DNA of 64,000 bases from a virus: positions 1 to 64,000 of the IMG/VR virus record IMGVR_UViG_3300010222_000002. One strand, written 5' to 3'. Positions 50,536 through 60,654 of the stretch are shown here, piece by piece. The first letter of the stretch is position 1. Every line of letters begins with the position of its first letter. The notes beneath the pieces were generated by a model, which saw nothing but the letters and a program-made list of their open reading frames with translations, had not been told where the DNA came from and did not search any database. The position numbers and the translations under genes are program-made.

Positions 50536-52278
50536 ATGGAAAAACTCGCTTCAGCTATCGCAGAAAACGATACACGCGACACAGAAGCCCTTCTCGAACG
50601 CTGGCGCGGGTCGCCTGAGAAAATCTCTCAGGACGTATTCCGAACACGGAATATGGAGACTGGCGAGATGGAAGACTTGGAACTCTTCTATCCCTATCAG
50701 CCAAAACTTCTTCACGCTTATTTCTACGGCGATGCTACAATCGTCAACGTCTACAAAGGAAGGCGAATTGGTGTTTCCTTCATCTTTTGTGTTGCGCTGG
50801 CGATAGATGCTTTTACAACGCCTGATGCGAATTTTGCAATCGTCTCACGGACAAAGGGACAGTCGGAAGAACGGATTCAGGACATTCGGACGCTCTTGAA
50901 GGATGCAAAATTTGTTGATGAACCTGTCGAGGACTGGCTGAAGAAAGATAACAACGGAAAGCTGATTTTTCCGAATGACGCGACTATCCGGGCTTTTTCG
51001 GGTGATCCGAAGTCAGCCCGTGGGATGGACTCGGCGAAGACCGTCTTTGTAGACGAAATGGCGTGGCTTGAAGACCAGAAAGCGACGATGGCGGCGTTCA
51101 TGCCGTTCATTAACCTTGGGAGCCACCGTCAGATGTTGCAGGTTTCGACGCCGAGAGCCAGTAATGACACGTTCCTCGAAACGAACGAGCGTGGGTCAGA
51201 AAATGGTAAGAATGGCGTCATCTCGGTGAAACAACCGAGTTTCAAAAATCCCGAAAACATCGACATCAACAAGCCGCTCTACAATCAGGATGTTGAGCCG
51301 GTCCGACCTGATATGGACATCGAGTCCGTGGAAGTAGAACGGGCACAAGACCCGCAAGGATTCGCACAAGAGTATCTGTGCAGACCAATTTCCGATGAAT
51401 ACCGCTTCTTGACGAAAGAAGGAATCCGAGATGCAATGCAGAAGGGCGCGGCTGATATTACCGAGAGTGGTGATTTAGTCGGGAAATACGTCGGCTGGTC
51501 GCCTGCTACACACGCTCGGGAAGGGGGGGAGATGGTAATGGGTGTAGACATCGGAATCGATTCAGACGATACTGCAATCGCAGTGTTTGAACACGCTGGC
51601 AGTCACAGATACCTTAGATTCCACACGATACTTGATCCACAGGACTTCGCGGCAGTTGGGATCAACAGTCACCGTACTGGCGACCCGTCAAAAGTGGCTC
51701 GATACATTGCGTCAGTGGATCGAAATATGGGCGTGGATCGAGTCTTCTTAGACAAAACTGGCCCCGGAAAGGGATTCCAGAAAGAAGTCGAGCAACGACT
51801 TGGAAACAAAGCAACTGGGTTCAACTTTACTGACAAGGACGAGATTGAGCGGATGATGGGCGACTTCAACTTCGCCCTGCACAACGATCTGCTCACATTG
51901 GTTCCCGATGATACAATCGAGAACCAGCTTGAGGCGGTCGTCAAGGAACAACGGCACGAAACTTCCAAGCCACGGTTTTCGGGGAAGAAACACGCGCCGA
52001 ACGGAAAAGACGACCTTGCAATGGCCCTCGTTCTCGGTGCTTATCCACCGAATTTCGACGCTGAACGCGAGACGACACCACATCAGCGGAAGAACGTTTC
52101 CGGCCACGTCGATGAGCCTGTAGAAGAGATAGAAGGCTCAGGGCGTCAGGTCGTAGATTCGATGATACAGTACAGCGGTTCGCGGTTCGATGACGATTCA
52201 CGTACTGACTCGACTAATCCATTCATATCACCCAATACGGGTCCAGATAGGCGATACAACCGACGACACTCAAGATAA
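50536..52278 (+). CDS. terL: terminase large subunit
   Basis: Deviant Walker A is YKGRRIGVS and Walker B is TVFVDEMAW. The C-terminal RNase-H-like nuclease has MGVDIGIDSDDTAIAV and GKDDLAMAL. It is followed by the portal gene. Confidence 0.85.
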   Translation: MEKLASAIAENDTRDTEALLERWRGSPEKISQDVFRTRNMETGEMEDLELFYPYQPKLLHAYFYGDATIVNVYKGRRIGVSFIFCVALAIDAFTTPDANFAIVSRTKGQSEERIQDIRTLLKDAKFVDEPVEDWLKKDNNGKLIFPNDATIRAFSGDPKSARGMDSAKTVFVDEMAWLEDQKATMAAFMPFINLGSHRQMLQVSTPRASNDTFLETNERGSENGKNGVISVKQPSFKNPENIDINKPLYNQDVEPVRPDMDIESVEVERAQDPQGFAQEYLCRPISDEYRFLTKEGIRDAMQKGAADITESGDLVGKYVGWSPATHAREGGEMVMGVDIGIDSDDTAIAVFEHAGSHRYLRFHTILDPQDFAAVGINSHRTGDPSKVARYIASVDRNMGVDRVFLDKTGPGKGFQKEVEQRLGNKATGFNFTDKDEIERMMGDFNFALHNDLLTLVPDDTIENQLEAVVKEQRHETSKPRFSGKKHAPNGKDDLAMALVLGAYPPNFDAERETTPHQRKNVSGHVDEPVEEIEGSGRQVVDSMIQYSGSRFDDDSRTDSTNPFISPNTGPDRRYNRRHSR

Positions 52279-53786
52279 TGGCTGAACAAAAACGAAATTT
52301 CGTAGAACCTGATGTTCCTGAAGAGGATGCAGATTTCTATACTGAATCCCCAAAAGGAGTAATTCGGAGTACCAGTGGCGGTTCTTCATCTGTTGGTGGA
52401 GATCGGGCCGCTAATGCTCCAGAAGAGACGATTCAGGAGCATAGAGACATTGCATATACGGACCCTCACGTTAAGGAAGCTGTCTTAACCCTTCTCGATT
52501 GGGTCGTCGGAGATGGATTCAACATTGCCCCACGAACGTTCGAGTCAGCGATGGAATCTGGAGTGGCAGGAGACGCCGCTAATACGGCGTCACCAGATTC
52601 TTCTGCTTCCGAGGGGAGTGATACAAAAATCCAGAAACTTCGTCGCCTGCTCAAAAACTCGGACTTCTGGACGGTCTTCACGGACTGGGTGAAGTACGCG
52701 GCCATCGACGGCCATGCGTTTATGGAGTTGGTTGTCGAAGACGAACAATTCAAGCCAAAACTCCTTCCGACGAAGAAAATGAAGCGGAAGGAAGACGAGT
52801 TTGGGAACATCGAGTTCTACAAGCTCGAAACTCCAGAAGGGGGTGGCAGTGGTGGTGGCGCTACAGGCGATACCGATATTCAGTACGAACCGCACGAGGT
52901 CGCAGAGTTAACATTTTTCAAACAACCGACTGAAGACTTCGGACGGTCGCTGATCGAACCTGTCGCAGAGCAAGCTGATATGCTCCGCGATATGGAGATC
53001 GACTACGCCCGCTTTATTGCAACAAAAGCGTACCCGCCTATCCTCTGGAAGCTCGGTGACGAGGACAATAACTGGACTGAAGACCAGATTTCGGCGTGGA
53101 TGGACAACGTGGAAAGCATCGAACCTGATACGATGCTTGCCGCACCCCATGACGTTGATACTGATGTTGTGGGAACTACTTCCACATCAAGTACAGCCGG
53201 GGCAATGCGCCTTGAGGATACTTTTGAACACTTCGAAGATAGGGTCGTCACTGGTCTTGGTGTTCCTCGCGTTCTAATGAATATGGACGGAGGGGGTCAG
53301 GGAGAAGCAACTGCTCTGATGCCATCGTTCAAACGCCGAGTAAGCAGGCTTCAGGCCCGAGTGAAAACGGCTGTCGAACAACAGATTCTCAAAAGCCTAC
53401 TCGTTAAGAGCGGTGGGCTGGAAGAATTCTCCGACATCCTTCCCGAATTCCAATTTGGTGAACACAGTTCGGCAGAGAAAAGGTTAGAATTGGATAAACT
53501 TCTGAACCTCTTCAATAACGGCCTGCTCACACCTGAAGCGTTTGCAGAACGCGCTGGCCTCGATCCAGATGAAGTACCCGACTTCTGGAACAACGGTGAA
53601 CATCTCGCAAATCTACGCGCACTTTCTCAGACTGGCGATGATATTCAGAATCCAGATGGCGGAAGACCAACTGATACCGGGGGTGGGTCTGAATCTGCTG
53701 GCGGTGAGGTGACTTCTCGACAAGACCCCGGTGAGGATTCATCTTCTGGTCGGAATAAGAAATCTGTCACCGAAGAAGAGTCGTAA
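52278..53786 (+). CDS. portal protein
   Basis: 502 aa, directly after terL (TAATG junction), with an acidic Gly-rich C-terminal tail. Assigned from position and size. Confidence 0.7.
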   Translation: MAEQKRNFVEPDVPEEDADFYTESPKGVIRSTSGGSSSVGGDRAANAPEETIQEHRDIAYTDPHVKEAVLTLLDWVVGDGFNIAPRTFESAMESGVAGDAANTASPDSSASEGSDTKIQKLRRLLKNSDFWTVFTDWVKYAAIDGHAFMELVVEDEQFKPKLLPTKKMKRKEDEFGNIEFYKLETPEGGGSGGGATGDTDIQYEPHEVAELTFFKQPTEDFGRSLIEPVAEQADMLRDMEIDYARFIATKAYPPILWKLGDEDNNWTEDQISAWMDNVESIEPDTMLAAPHDVDTDVVGTTSTSSTAGAMRLEDTFEHFEDRVVTGLGVPRVLMNMDGGGQGEATALMPSFKRRVSRLQARVKTAVEQQILKSLLVKSGGLEEFSDILPEFQFGEHSSAEKRLELDKLLNLFNNGLLTPEAFAERAGLDPDEVPDFWNNGEHLANLRALSQTGDDIQNPDGGRPTDTGGGSESAGGEVTSRQDPGEDSSSGRNKKSVTEEES

Positions 53787-53792
53787 TTATGT

Positions 53793-54062
53793 ATGAATGA
53801 TAACGAAAAAGGTCAATTAAGAGACATTCACGATGAGGTAAAGGGTTCTCACGCTCAGTTAGGTCGAATCGCTGAACGGACGCGGAATATCGAAAATAAT
53901 CTCGATAACATCTACGAATCCGTTGAGAGCAACGAGTCAGACATCAACAAGCTACAGGATAACGTAAAGCGGAACACGACCATAATTAACGCGGTGACTG
54001 TTGGGTTGAGTGGTGTTGTCCTGTGGATTTCAGATAAAATAGCACGCTTCAATCCATTCTAA
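53793..54062 (+). CDS. small coiled-coil protein with C-terminal TM segment (89 aa)
   Basis: Track ORF; TIINAVTVGLSGVVLWISDKI is hydrophobic. Confidence 0.5.
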   Translation: MNDNEKGQLRDIHDEVKGSHAQLGRIAERTRNIENNLDNIYESVESNESDINKLQDNVKRNTTIINAVTVGLSGVVLWISDKIARFNPF

Positions 54063-54065
54063 CCT

Positions 54066-54776
54066 ATGTCACTTGAAATAGATGAAGAGTTCACGTTCGC
54101 GGCGCGTAGCCCGAACGATGACATCGACTTTAGTCATTCGGAATTTACCGAACGTCTTGGTACTGGTTTCAACGAGTACGGAGTTCGGGAAAATTATGAC
54201 GATGACGGGAACCTCGAAAGCGTTGACGTGATTTTTGGGGCAATGGAAGCCGGAGATCCCGAAGACAGGAACGGTGTTCGCATCACCGATGAATTCCTGA
54301 AGAAGGTTTCCTCAAAGAATTACTCTCCCAATCCGCCCCATCTAAAGGACCACAATACGAAAGATACGTTCTCCCGAATCGGAGAGGTTCGAGATACGTG
54401 GTTCTCCCAACGACTGGGTAAGTTGATGTTGATGACTCGGACTCCGAACATCGGGGGGTCAGAGAACCATCAGGAGGCAATTGCGCGATATACACATGAG
54501 CCACCCGAGATCCGCGATGGTTCGCTTGGCTTCGGACAACAGTACGAAGCTGAGATGAACGATCACGGTGAGCCGGAAATGGTGGACGGCAAATTCCGCG
54601 AGTTTTCGACTGTGAATTTCCCCGCTGGATATGATGAAGGTGGGGTTCGCAGTGCGTTCGCGGAAGCAATCGAAGAATCCGATACCAAATTCGATGACTC
54701 AGAAGACGGCGGAAATTCTGGAGAGAATTTGGCGACGGAAGACTTTGCGGTGAAGACAGACACAATTCAATTCTAA
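54066..54776 (+). CDS. putative prohead protease (HK97 type)
   Basis: Lies between portal and capsid genes. GAMEAGDPEDRNGVRITDEF...HLKDHNTKDTFSRIGEV resembles S78/U35 prohead proteases. Confidence 0.5.
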   Translation: MSLEIDEEFTFAARSPNDDIDFSHSEFTERLGTGFNEYGVRENYDDDGNLESVDVIFGAMEAGDPEDRNGVRITDEFLKKVSSKNYSPNPPHLKDHNTKDTFSRIGEVRDTWFSQRLGKLMLMTRTPNIGGSENHQEAIARYTHEPPEIRDGSLGFGQQYEAEMNDHGEPEMVDGKFREFSTVNFPAGYDEGGVRSAFAEAIEESDTKFDDSEDGGNSGENLATEDFAVKTDTIQF

Positions 54777-54777
54777 T

Positions 54778-55227
54778 ATGAACCTTAGTTTCAACAGGGT
54801 CAACTACGACGGCGAACTGGAAGACTTCTCGGAAGAAGAACTCCGAGAACTTGTTTCCGAGTTCGAGACTGCACAGGAATCCAACGTCGCCGAATTCGAG
54901 AAGGCGGCAGAGGCTACTGACGAAATTTCTGAGAGTGAAATCGAGGAATTCGAGGACGCTCGTGAATCTCTTATCGATGAGATTACCGAGTCTCCGGCCT
55001 TCGATGAAGTCCCGCTGACTGAAGACAAGCTTCAGGACGAGGACTTCTCGGAGCTTCAGGACTGGAAAGAATTCGCTTCCAATGCCACCGACGCCGACGA
55101 CGAGGACGGAGACGACGAGGAAGCGGAATTCGATGATATGGGCAAGGAGTCCCCGAAGCCCGACGAGGACGACGAGTATGACTTCGTTGATGAGGAACTG
55201 GACGAGATTCGGGGCCTCGAAGTCTGA
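54778..55227 (+). CDS. very acidic protein (149 aa), possible scaffold
   Basis: Position plus helical, extremely D/E-rich composition. Confidence 0.4.
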   Translation: MNLSFNRVNYDGELEDFSEEELRELVSEFETAQESNVAEFEKAAEATDEISESEIEEFEDARESLIDEITESPAFDEVPLTEDKLQDEDFSELQDWKEFASNATDADDEDGDDEEAEFDDMGKESPKPDEDDEYDFVDEELDEIRGLEV

Positions 55228-55243
55228 AAGTTTTTAATTTCAA

Positions 55244-55798
55244 ATGACTGATTTCAACATTGCGACTGGCGAGGAACAGCCTCTTAACCGTACTGGCATC
55301 GATAACGTTCAGATCACTGGCGAGAATCAGGGCGTTCCTGTTGGTATCGACAACAGCGTTAGCCCGCCTCAGCTTGTGAAAGCTGATGCCGCCGCTGATG
55401 CGAACGACGCTGGTAACGCTCCGATTCAGGCTATCGGAGTCCTCTTCCCGCGTGAGGTTATGCCGAGTGACCTCTCGAACGTCACTACCCACCCGTGGGA
55501 TGACGTAGAGGAACAGATCTACACTGAGGAACGAACGCTTGCGGGCGACCGTGCGACGGTGGTTCGTTCCGGCATCGAAATGGTCAATGACGACGATGAC
55601 ACCAACTTCGATCCCGCAGAGCCGGTGTATCTCGACGTTGGTGGTGGCTTCACACAAACGAAGCCTTCCACGTCCGGCCAAGCTGTGCAGGTTCTCGGAG
55701 TCGCCTGCACCACGATGGACGATGGCGTTAATCCCAACAACGTGACGAAAGATCGCCTCTTCCTCGAAATCGACGCCGACTACGAGGTTGTCGCGTAA
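55244..55798 (+). CDS. hypothetical head-module protein (184 aa), possible decoration/scaffold protein
   Basis: Lies immediately upstream of the capsid gene; assigned from position only. Confidence 0.45.
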   Translation: MTDFNIATGEEQPLNRTGIDNVQITGENQGVPVGIDNSVSPPQLVKADAAADANDAGNAPIQAIGVLFPREVMPSDLSNVTTHPWDDVEEQIYTEERTLAGDRATVVRSGIEMVNDDDDTNFDPAEPVYLDVGGGFTQTKPSTSGQAVQVLGVACTTMDDGVNPNNVTKDRLFLEIDADYEVVA

Positions 55799-55835
55799 AA
55801 AGACTCTAAGCAACTAATTTAACTCTTAACTAACA

Positions 55836-56801
55836 ATGGCACGCCGACACGAACTCCATACTGCTGACGGTAAGTCGATTGAAGATCTTCTTGAAATCGC
55901 ACGCCGTCTTTTTGACCGGTACAACGAGGCCGAGCGTCCGTTCCGCTCGATGTTCGCTGAGACGGTCACGGAACAGACCTTCTACCAAGAGGCTGAACAA
56001 GACGACATCTACTGGGACGAGATCTCCGAGGGCGAACAGCCGCGCTCGATGCGGGCTGAAGACGACGACGGAAAGTGGATGACGATTCGTTCCAAGACGT
56101 ACAGCAAGTCGCTTGGAATGTCGCAGAAGTACATCCGGAACACTCCCTCGGACCAGATCGTTCGGAAGCTTCGTCGGATGCTGGAAGGTGCGAAGAACAC
56201 CGAGGAACAGCTCATCTACGACGTTCTTCAGAACGGCATCATTGACGGTTCCGGTGCTTGGTACGACATTCGGGACTACGGTGAATACTCGTTCTCGAAC
56301 AACCACAACCACGTCTTTAACGACACGGACTCGCTGTTCGATGACGACGGCACCGACGACACGGACTACGAGGCTCACGAACACATCGAGGAGGGGAAAC
56401 GTCACCTCACCCATCACGGGATGGAGGGTCCGTTCGTTGCACTCGTCTCTAATTCCTTCAAGCGCAGTCTCCGCGACGAAATCTCGTGGGACGCGCAGTA
56501 CCAGATCCCAATGGCGACCGGGATGCGGTCGAGCGACGTTCAAGACCTCGACATCGTTATCGACGGCGTTTCCCTCGTGGAGTCGCCGTGGATGGCTGGC
56601 GACAAGTTCTACGTCACTCAGGCGTCAAACGATTCGCCCATCAAATTCCTCGAAGACCGCCCCGTTCAGGTTACGCGACCCAACGGTGCAGTCGTGCGTT
56701 CCCCCGGCGACCTTCTCGGTGCGAACGCGGAGGCCGACTACGGTTGTCGGATGGCAGACCCGCTCGCCGCTGTCGAAGTCACTGCGACCAGCGTGAAGTA
56801 A
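55836..56801 (+). CDS. major capsid protein (HK97-fold expected)
   Basis: 321 aa in the canonical position after protease/scaffold. An AAGACTC motif lies 30-36 nt upstream of the ATG, and an oligo-T terminator lies directly downstream. Confidence 0.6.
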   Translation: MARRHELHTADGKSIEDLLEIARRLFDRYNEAERPFRSMFAETVTEQTFYQEAEQDDIYWDEISEGEQPRSMRAEDDDGKWMTIRSKTYSKSLGMSQKYIRNTPSDQIVRKLRRMLEGAKNTEEQLIYDVLQNGIIDGSGAWYDIRDYGEYSFSNNHNHVFNDTDSLFDDDGTDDTDYEAHEHIEEGKRHLTHHGMEGPFVALVSNSFKRSLRDEISWDAQYQIPMATGMRSSDVQDLDIVIDGVSLVESPWMAGDKFYVTQASNDSPIKFLEDRPVQVTRPNGAVVRSPGDLLGANAEADYGCRMADPLAAVEVTATSVK

Positions 56802-56802
56802 A

Positions 56803-56829
56803 GGCCCACTGAGGCCGTCTTATTTTTTT
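56803..56829 (+). terminator. short hairpin + T7 tract after the capsid gene
   Basis: GGCC-cactga-GGCC is followed by gtcttaTTTTTTT (T-run at 56823-56829). Archaeal termination typically occurs at oligo-T. Confidence 0.5.
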
Positions 56830-57294
56830 ATGGTCACATCTGAACCCGAACTCAAGCAAGACGTGCGCCAAATGACTGGCTACACGTCATTGATGGCTCT
56901 CTCCGAAGACGGCCTCGATACCGCGTATCGGAGGGCAAAGCGACACATTCGCGTGCGAAAATCACTCGATTCCGATTTCGAGTGGTTTGACAGCGAGAAC
57001 CCCGCAGGGGAAGAAGCCCTCTTCTGGAATACGTGTCTGTTCGTAAAGGTCCAAGTTGGCGACCTTGATTCACAGGCGCTTCAGGTCGGAGCCATCGACT
57101 CGAAAGCACTGCTCGCTAAGGAAGACGATAAAGTGACGGAATGGTATCGTAACGCCGAAACAGCACTGGAATCACTCAAGTCGGATACGATATTCCAGTC
57201 TACATCTCCATCCCGCAAAGAGCGCACTTACGAACCCGGTTCGTTCACAGATCAGGAATCTGGCGGCTCTTCAGTTGACTCCAGTGACCTATGA
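56830..57294 (+). CDS. head-tail connector/adaptor candidate (154 aa)
   Basis: Position after the capsid gene. Confidence 0.45.
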   Translation: MVTSEPELKQDVRQMTGYTSLMALSEDGLDTAYRRAKRHIRVRKSLDSDFEWFDSENPAGEEALFWNTCLFVKVQVGDLDSQALQVGAIDSKALLAKEDDKVTEWYRNAETALESLKSDTIFQSTSPSRKERTYEPGSFTDQESGGSSVDSSDL

Positions 57295-57659
57295 CCTACC
57301 ACCAACAGTTTACGGCTAAAATCGCACGACTTGGCCGCGAAGCTAAGGTGAAGACCCGAAAGGTTACAGGAGAAAACGAGTTTGGGAACGAGACAGACGG
57401 GTACGTGACAGATCGGATTGTCTTGGCACTGCGTTCTTATCCAAACAGGAACACCGAAGTCGAATCAAGTTTCGGTGATAGGATACGCGACCGGCCTGTA
57501 TTTTTCGTACCGAAGTCTCCTGCCCTTCCCGAAGCCCCCCAGCCAGAAGAAGTTCTGGTGTATGCGGGGCAAAGTTACGAAGTGAAAGCTCATACCGAAT
57601 ATGATACGCATATCGAATTTATGGGCGAAAAAGTGGAACACGAAAGCGAGGGGGCATAG
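57291..57659 (+). CDS. head-tail joining protein candidate (122 aa)
   Basis: Position; ATGA overlap. Confidence 0.45.
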   Translation: MTYHQQFTAKIARLGREAKVKTRKVTGENEFGNETDGYVTDRIVLALRSYPNRNTEVESSFGDRIRDRPVFFVPKSPALPEAPQPEEVLVYAGQSYEVKAHTEYDTHIEFMGEKVEHESEGA

Positions 57660-58265
57660 ATGGGTAATATTGATATAAAAATCGACCTTCGGAAAGAGGA
57701 TTTGGTTCAACAGGCTCTTCGAGACGGACTTCGAGAAGGGTTAGAAGAATCCGGTAACTGGATGCTCGATGAGGGTGAAGATAAGGCAAAAGATGCAATC
57801 ATCGGTGCTGGTCGTATTTGGCGTCGATCTCTAAAAGAAGGATTCCACACTGAAGAAAACGAGTTTAGCCGGACAAGTCGCTGGAACGGTCAGATACGGA
57901 ACGAAGCTCCACACGCTCGAATCGTCCAAAATGGACTGAAACCCGGTAACTCTCCGTCTGTGCAAGATATTCTCCCGTGGGTTGATGACAAACTGACTCC
58001 GAACGAACGAGCGCGAGTCAAAGCAGAGAACACCGACCTCAGTGATTGGGAGAGTGATGAATTGATTGCGTTGGCCGAAAGATACGGAAAACCAACCCTC
58101 ATCACAGCGTTTGCTGTGAAGGGAAAACTGGAGAACAAAGGCTATCCCGGCATCGATTTCTTGGAAATAGCAGAGACATATCTGGAACAGATTTCCCGAG
58201 CCGTAGTAAAGCAGAAGATCGAGAAGAAGATGAACCAGCATTTGCGGGCCGCTGGTCTACAGTAA
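57660..58265 (+). CDS. head/tail completion protein candidate (201 aa)
   Basis: Position. Confidence 0.45.
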   Translation: MGNIDIKIDLRKEDLVQQALRDGLREGLEESGNWMLDEGEDKAKDAIIGAGRIWRRSLKEGFHTEENEFSRTSRWNGQIRNEAPHARIVQNGLKPGNSPSVQDILPWVDDKLTPNERARVKAENTDLSDWESDELIALAERYGKPTLITAFAVKGKLENKGYPGIDFLEIAETYLEQISRAVVKQKIEKKMNQHLRAAGLQ

Positions 58266-58271
58266 TCTCTT

Positions 58272-58802
58272 ATGGATGAAAAAAGTCTCATTACGACCAT
58301 TCAGAATCATCTGGATTCTGCACTCAGCGTTCCGACAAAGACATCGGGACTGGAAGACGAGCGCCCCGTTCCAGTAGTCCTGATAGAAGATTGGGACACC
58401 AAGGACAAGAATCTCCACAATTCTTCGTTTGCCAATGAAGTTGTCGGAGACTTTGATGACGACGGCAAAGACGAGTACGAACGGTATCTAAACTTTGACT
58501 TTAGAACCAGAGTCGAATTTCTGGTACGCCACACTGATGAAGTCGATGTGGCAAGTCTGAAAGATTCTGTCAAACGGGAGCTTCGGCTCATCAGAGAGAA
58601 CCCGCTTCAATTCCACAACGACTTGAAGAAACTGCGACTTGGGGCGGGGGGGAATCCGACGTTCCAGTTTACTGAACCAAGAGAAGCTGAATTGATGCTT
58701 TCTGCACGATTCCACGGGGATCACACGATGACGCTTACCCCCGACGATATGCAGGCCGATACGCTGGAAACGGTGAATGATGACTTCACCTTCAACCCAT
58801 AG
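58272..58802 (+). CDS. tail completion protein candidate (176 aa)
   Basis: Lies immediately upstream of the sheath gene. Confidence 0.45.
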   Translation: MDEKSLITTIQNHLDSALSVPTKTSGLEDERPVPVVLIEDWDTKDKNLHNSSFANEVVGDFDDDGKDEYERYLNFDFRTRVEFLVRHTDEVDVASLKDSVKRELRLIRENPLQFHNDLKKLRLGAGGNPTFQFTEPREAELMLSARFHGDHTMTLTPDDMQADTLETVNDDFTFNP

Positions 58803-58818
58803 TTATCACTAATATCAT

Positions 58819-60114
58819 ATGACTACTTACGGAGACAAGCAAGAACCCGGAATTGTTACGGACCTTACTTCGTCGGCGGCAGTGCCGACAAGTGGTGAGG
58901 CACCGACGGACCTCGGTATCGTTGGTCAGGCCGACCTCGATAATGCATCGAATGCGGCTGACACCAGTAAAGTCTATCAGGTAACTCGCGCTACGAAGGC
59001 AGTCGAATGGTTTGGTCCTCGGGAGTCGAGTATGCTGACGCAGGCCATTATCGACGCACTCACGGAGGGCGCGTTCCCGGTCTATGCGGTCGCAACTTCC
59101 GAGACAGAAGTGACTGCCGAAGACCACAGCGGCGCTTCGTCAACGCTGGTCGAGACTAATAATAAACCGATCCGAGAAGACACTGACAGGATCAGTGTCA
59201 ACCTCGACGGTACCGACCTAACTATCAACAAGGTCTACGACGACGTTAGCACCTATGCTCCCGCTTCGGGAGAGTGTTACGTTAATCCTGTCGTTGGTGA
59301 AATCGAAATTCCGAGTACTCCCAGTACCACTCTCGAATTCGATTACGAGTATTTTGACTACACTGGTGGCGTTGACACGATGGCAACAAAAGTCGGTGAC
59401 GTTATCGACTTCCTGACCCCGCTCACCGAAAATTCGACTGCCGTGGATAAGGTCAACACCAAGGTCGCCAATATGGAGCAAGACTACGATCTTGCTCTCG
59501 CTGTTGGTGGCGCTGGCATCAACGTCGATCCGACAAACTTCAGTCAGTCCTACGACGACAGCCGGACGCAGGTTGTCTACCCGACCCGCTTCGAGGACAA
59601 TACGTCTGCTGTCGCCGCGTATATGGGCTTCAAGGCCGCGCTTGGTCTGACAGAGACTCCAATCAATCGGCGTCTCACTACCAACAAGAGCCTGTCAGTG
59701 AGCCTGAACCGTGCAGAACGGGGTAGTCTCATCGATGAACAGGTCGTCCCGCTGGCCGACGAGTCTCGGGGTGTTCGTATCGTGGACGATCCCACGACTG
59801 TCAGTGATTCTAACACTGACGAACAAAACCTCACGTTCGGCTTCAACCGCCTCGTTGCCGACTACATCATCGAGACGACGCGAGATAATCAGAAACCCTT
59901 CATCGGTCGTCTGAACAGTTCAGTTGTTCGCGGCACACTGGAGAGTATGATTAATCAACAGCTTGGTGAACTTCAGACTTCCAATGCTGTCATCTCGTAC
60001 GATGTGAACGTCTTCAAAGAGAGCGCGACAGCCGCAGGGGTCGAAATGTCCGTCGATCTCGTTGAGCCGCTTCGGTTCATCGAGAACACCGTCACTGTTG
60101 GTAACGGCGGATAA
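58819..60114 (+). CDS. contractile tail sheath protein
   Basis: 431 aa. The N-terminus EPGIVTDLTSSAAVPTSGEAPTDLGIVGQAD...VTRATKAVEWFG follows the usual sheath pattern (PGV-x-x-x...G-x-x-G...F-G). It is followed by tube, chaperones and tape measure. Confidence 0.75.
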   Translation: MTTYGDKQEPGIVTDLTSSAAVPTSGEAPTDLGIVGQADLDNASNAADTSKVYQVTRATKAVEWFGPRESSMLTQAIIDALTEGAFPVYAVATSETEVTAEDHSGASSTLVETNNKPIREDTDRISVNLDGTDLTINKVYDDVSTYAPASGECYVNPVVGEIEIPSTPSTTLEFDYEYFDYTGGVDTMATKVGDVIDFLTPLTENSTAVDKVNTKVANMEQDYDLALAVGGAGINVDPTNFSQSYDDSRTQVVYPTRFEDNTSAVAAYMGFKAALGLTETPINRRLTTNKSLSVSLNRAERGSLIDEQVVPLADESRGVRIVDDPTTVSDSNTDEQNLTFGFNRLVADYIIETTRDNQKPFIGRLNSSVVRGTLESMINQQLGELQTSNAVISYDVNVFKESATAAGVEMSVDLVEPLRFIENTVTVGNGG

Positions 60115-60141
60115 GACTCAACTCTCTCACTTTAATTCAAT

Positions 60142-60654
60142 ATGTCACGAAATGGCACTCCAGATCGTATCGAATCCGCCGCAAACATCACTCTCGTCGT
60201 TATGCGGGGCGCTGAACAGCAGATTAGTAATGCCGAAGGGAGTCTCGATGACGCTGATTTCAGTGCTGGCGACATTGAAATCCCCATTTCACGCCTCGAC
60301 ACCACAAAGGAAATCGAGATTTCCGAGATTCGAGAGTCGTCGCTGAAGGCCAGCGGCTACTCGATCACCTCGATTTCTTATTCGGGGAAGATGACATTCA
60401 AAGGGTCGCGCTACACGAAAAACAGTCCTGACAGCGACGATTCGGCTGAACCGATTACAAACTTCCTCTACTACGATAACGGCGTTCCGCGCCCGTGTTC
60501 GATTAATATCAACCACGACCTGAACGGGGAAACTGACGAGTATCTTCACGTTCTCGCGTCCTCGGAGAGTTACGAGGTTCGCAACGAGAGCGAAACCGAA
60601 ACTGCGTTCGATTGGGTGGCAATGGACCGCGCTTCGGACCAGCCGGATAACTAA
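60142..60654 (+). CDS. tail tube protein
   Basis: 170 aa, directly after the sheath. An AAGACTCA motif lies 29 nt upstream of the ATG. Confidence 0.6.
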   Translation: MSRNGTPDRIESAANITLVVMRGAEQQISNAEGSLDDADFSAGDIEIPISRLDTTKEIEISEIRESSLKASGYSITSISYSGKMTFKGSRYTKNSPDSDDSAEPITNFLYYDNGVPRPCSININHDLNGETDEYLHVLASSESYEVRNESETETAFDWVAMDRASDQPDN

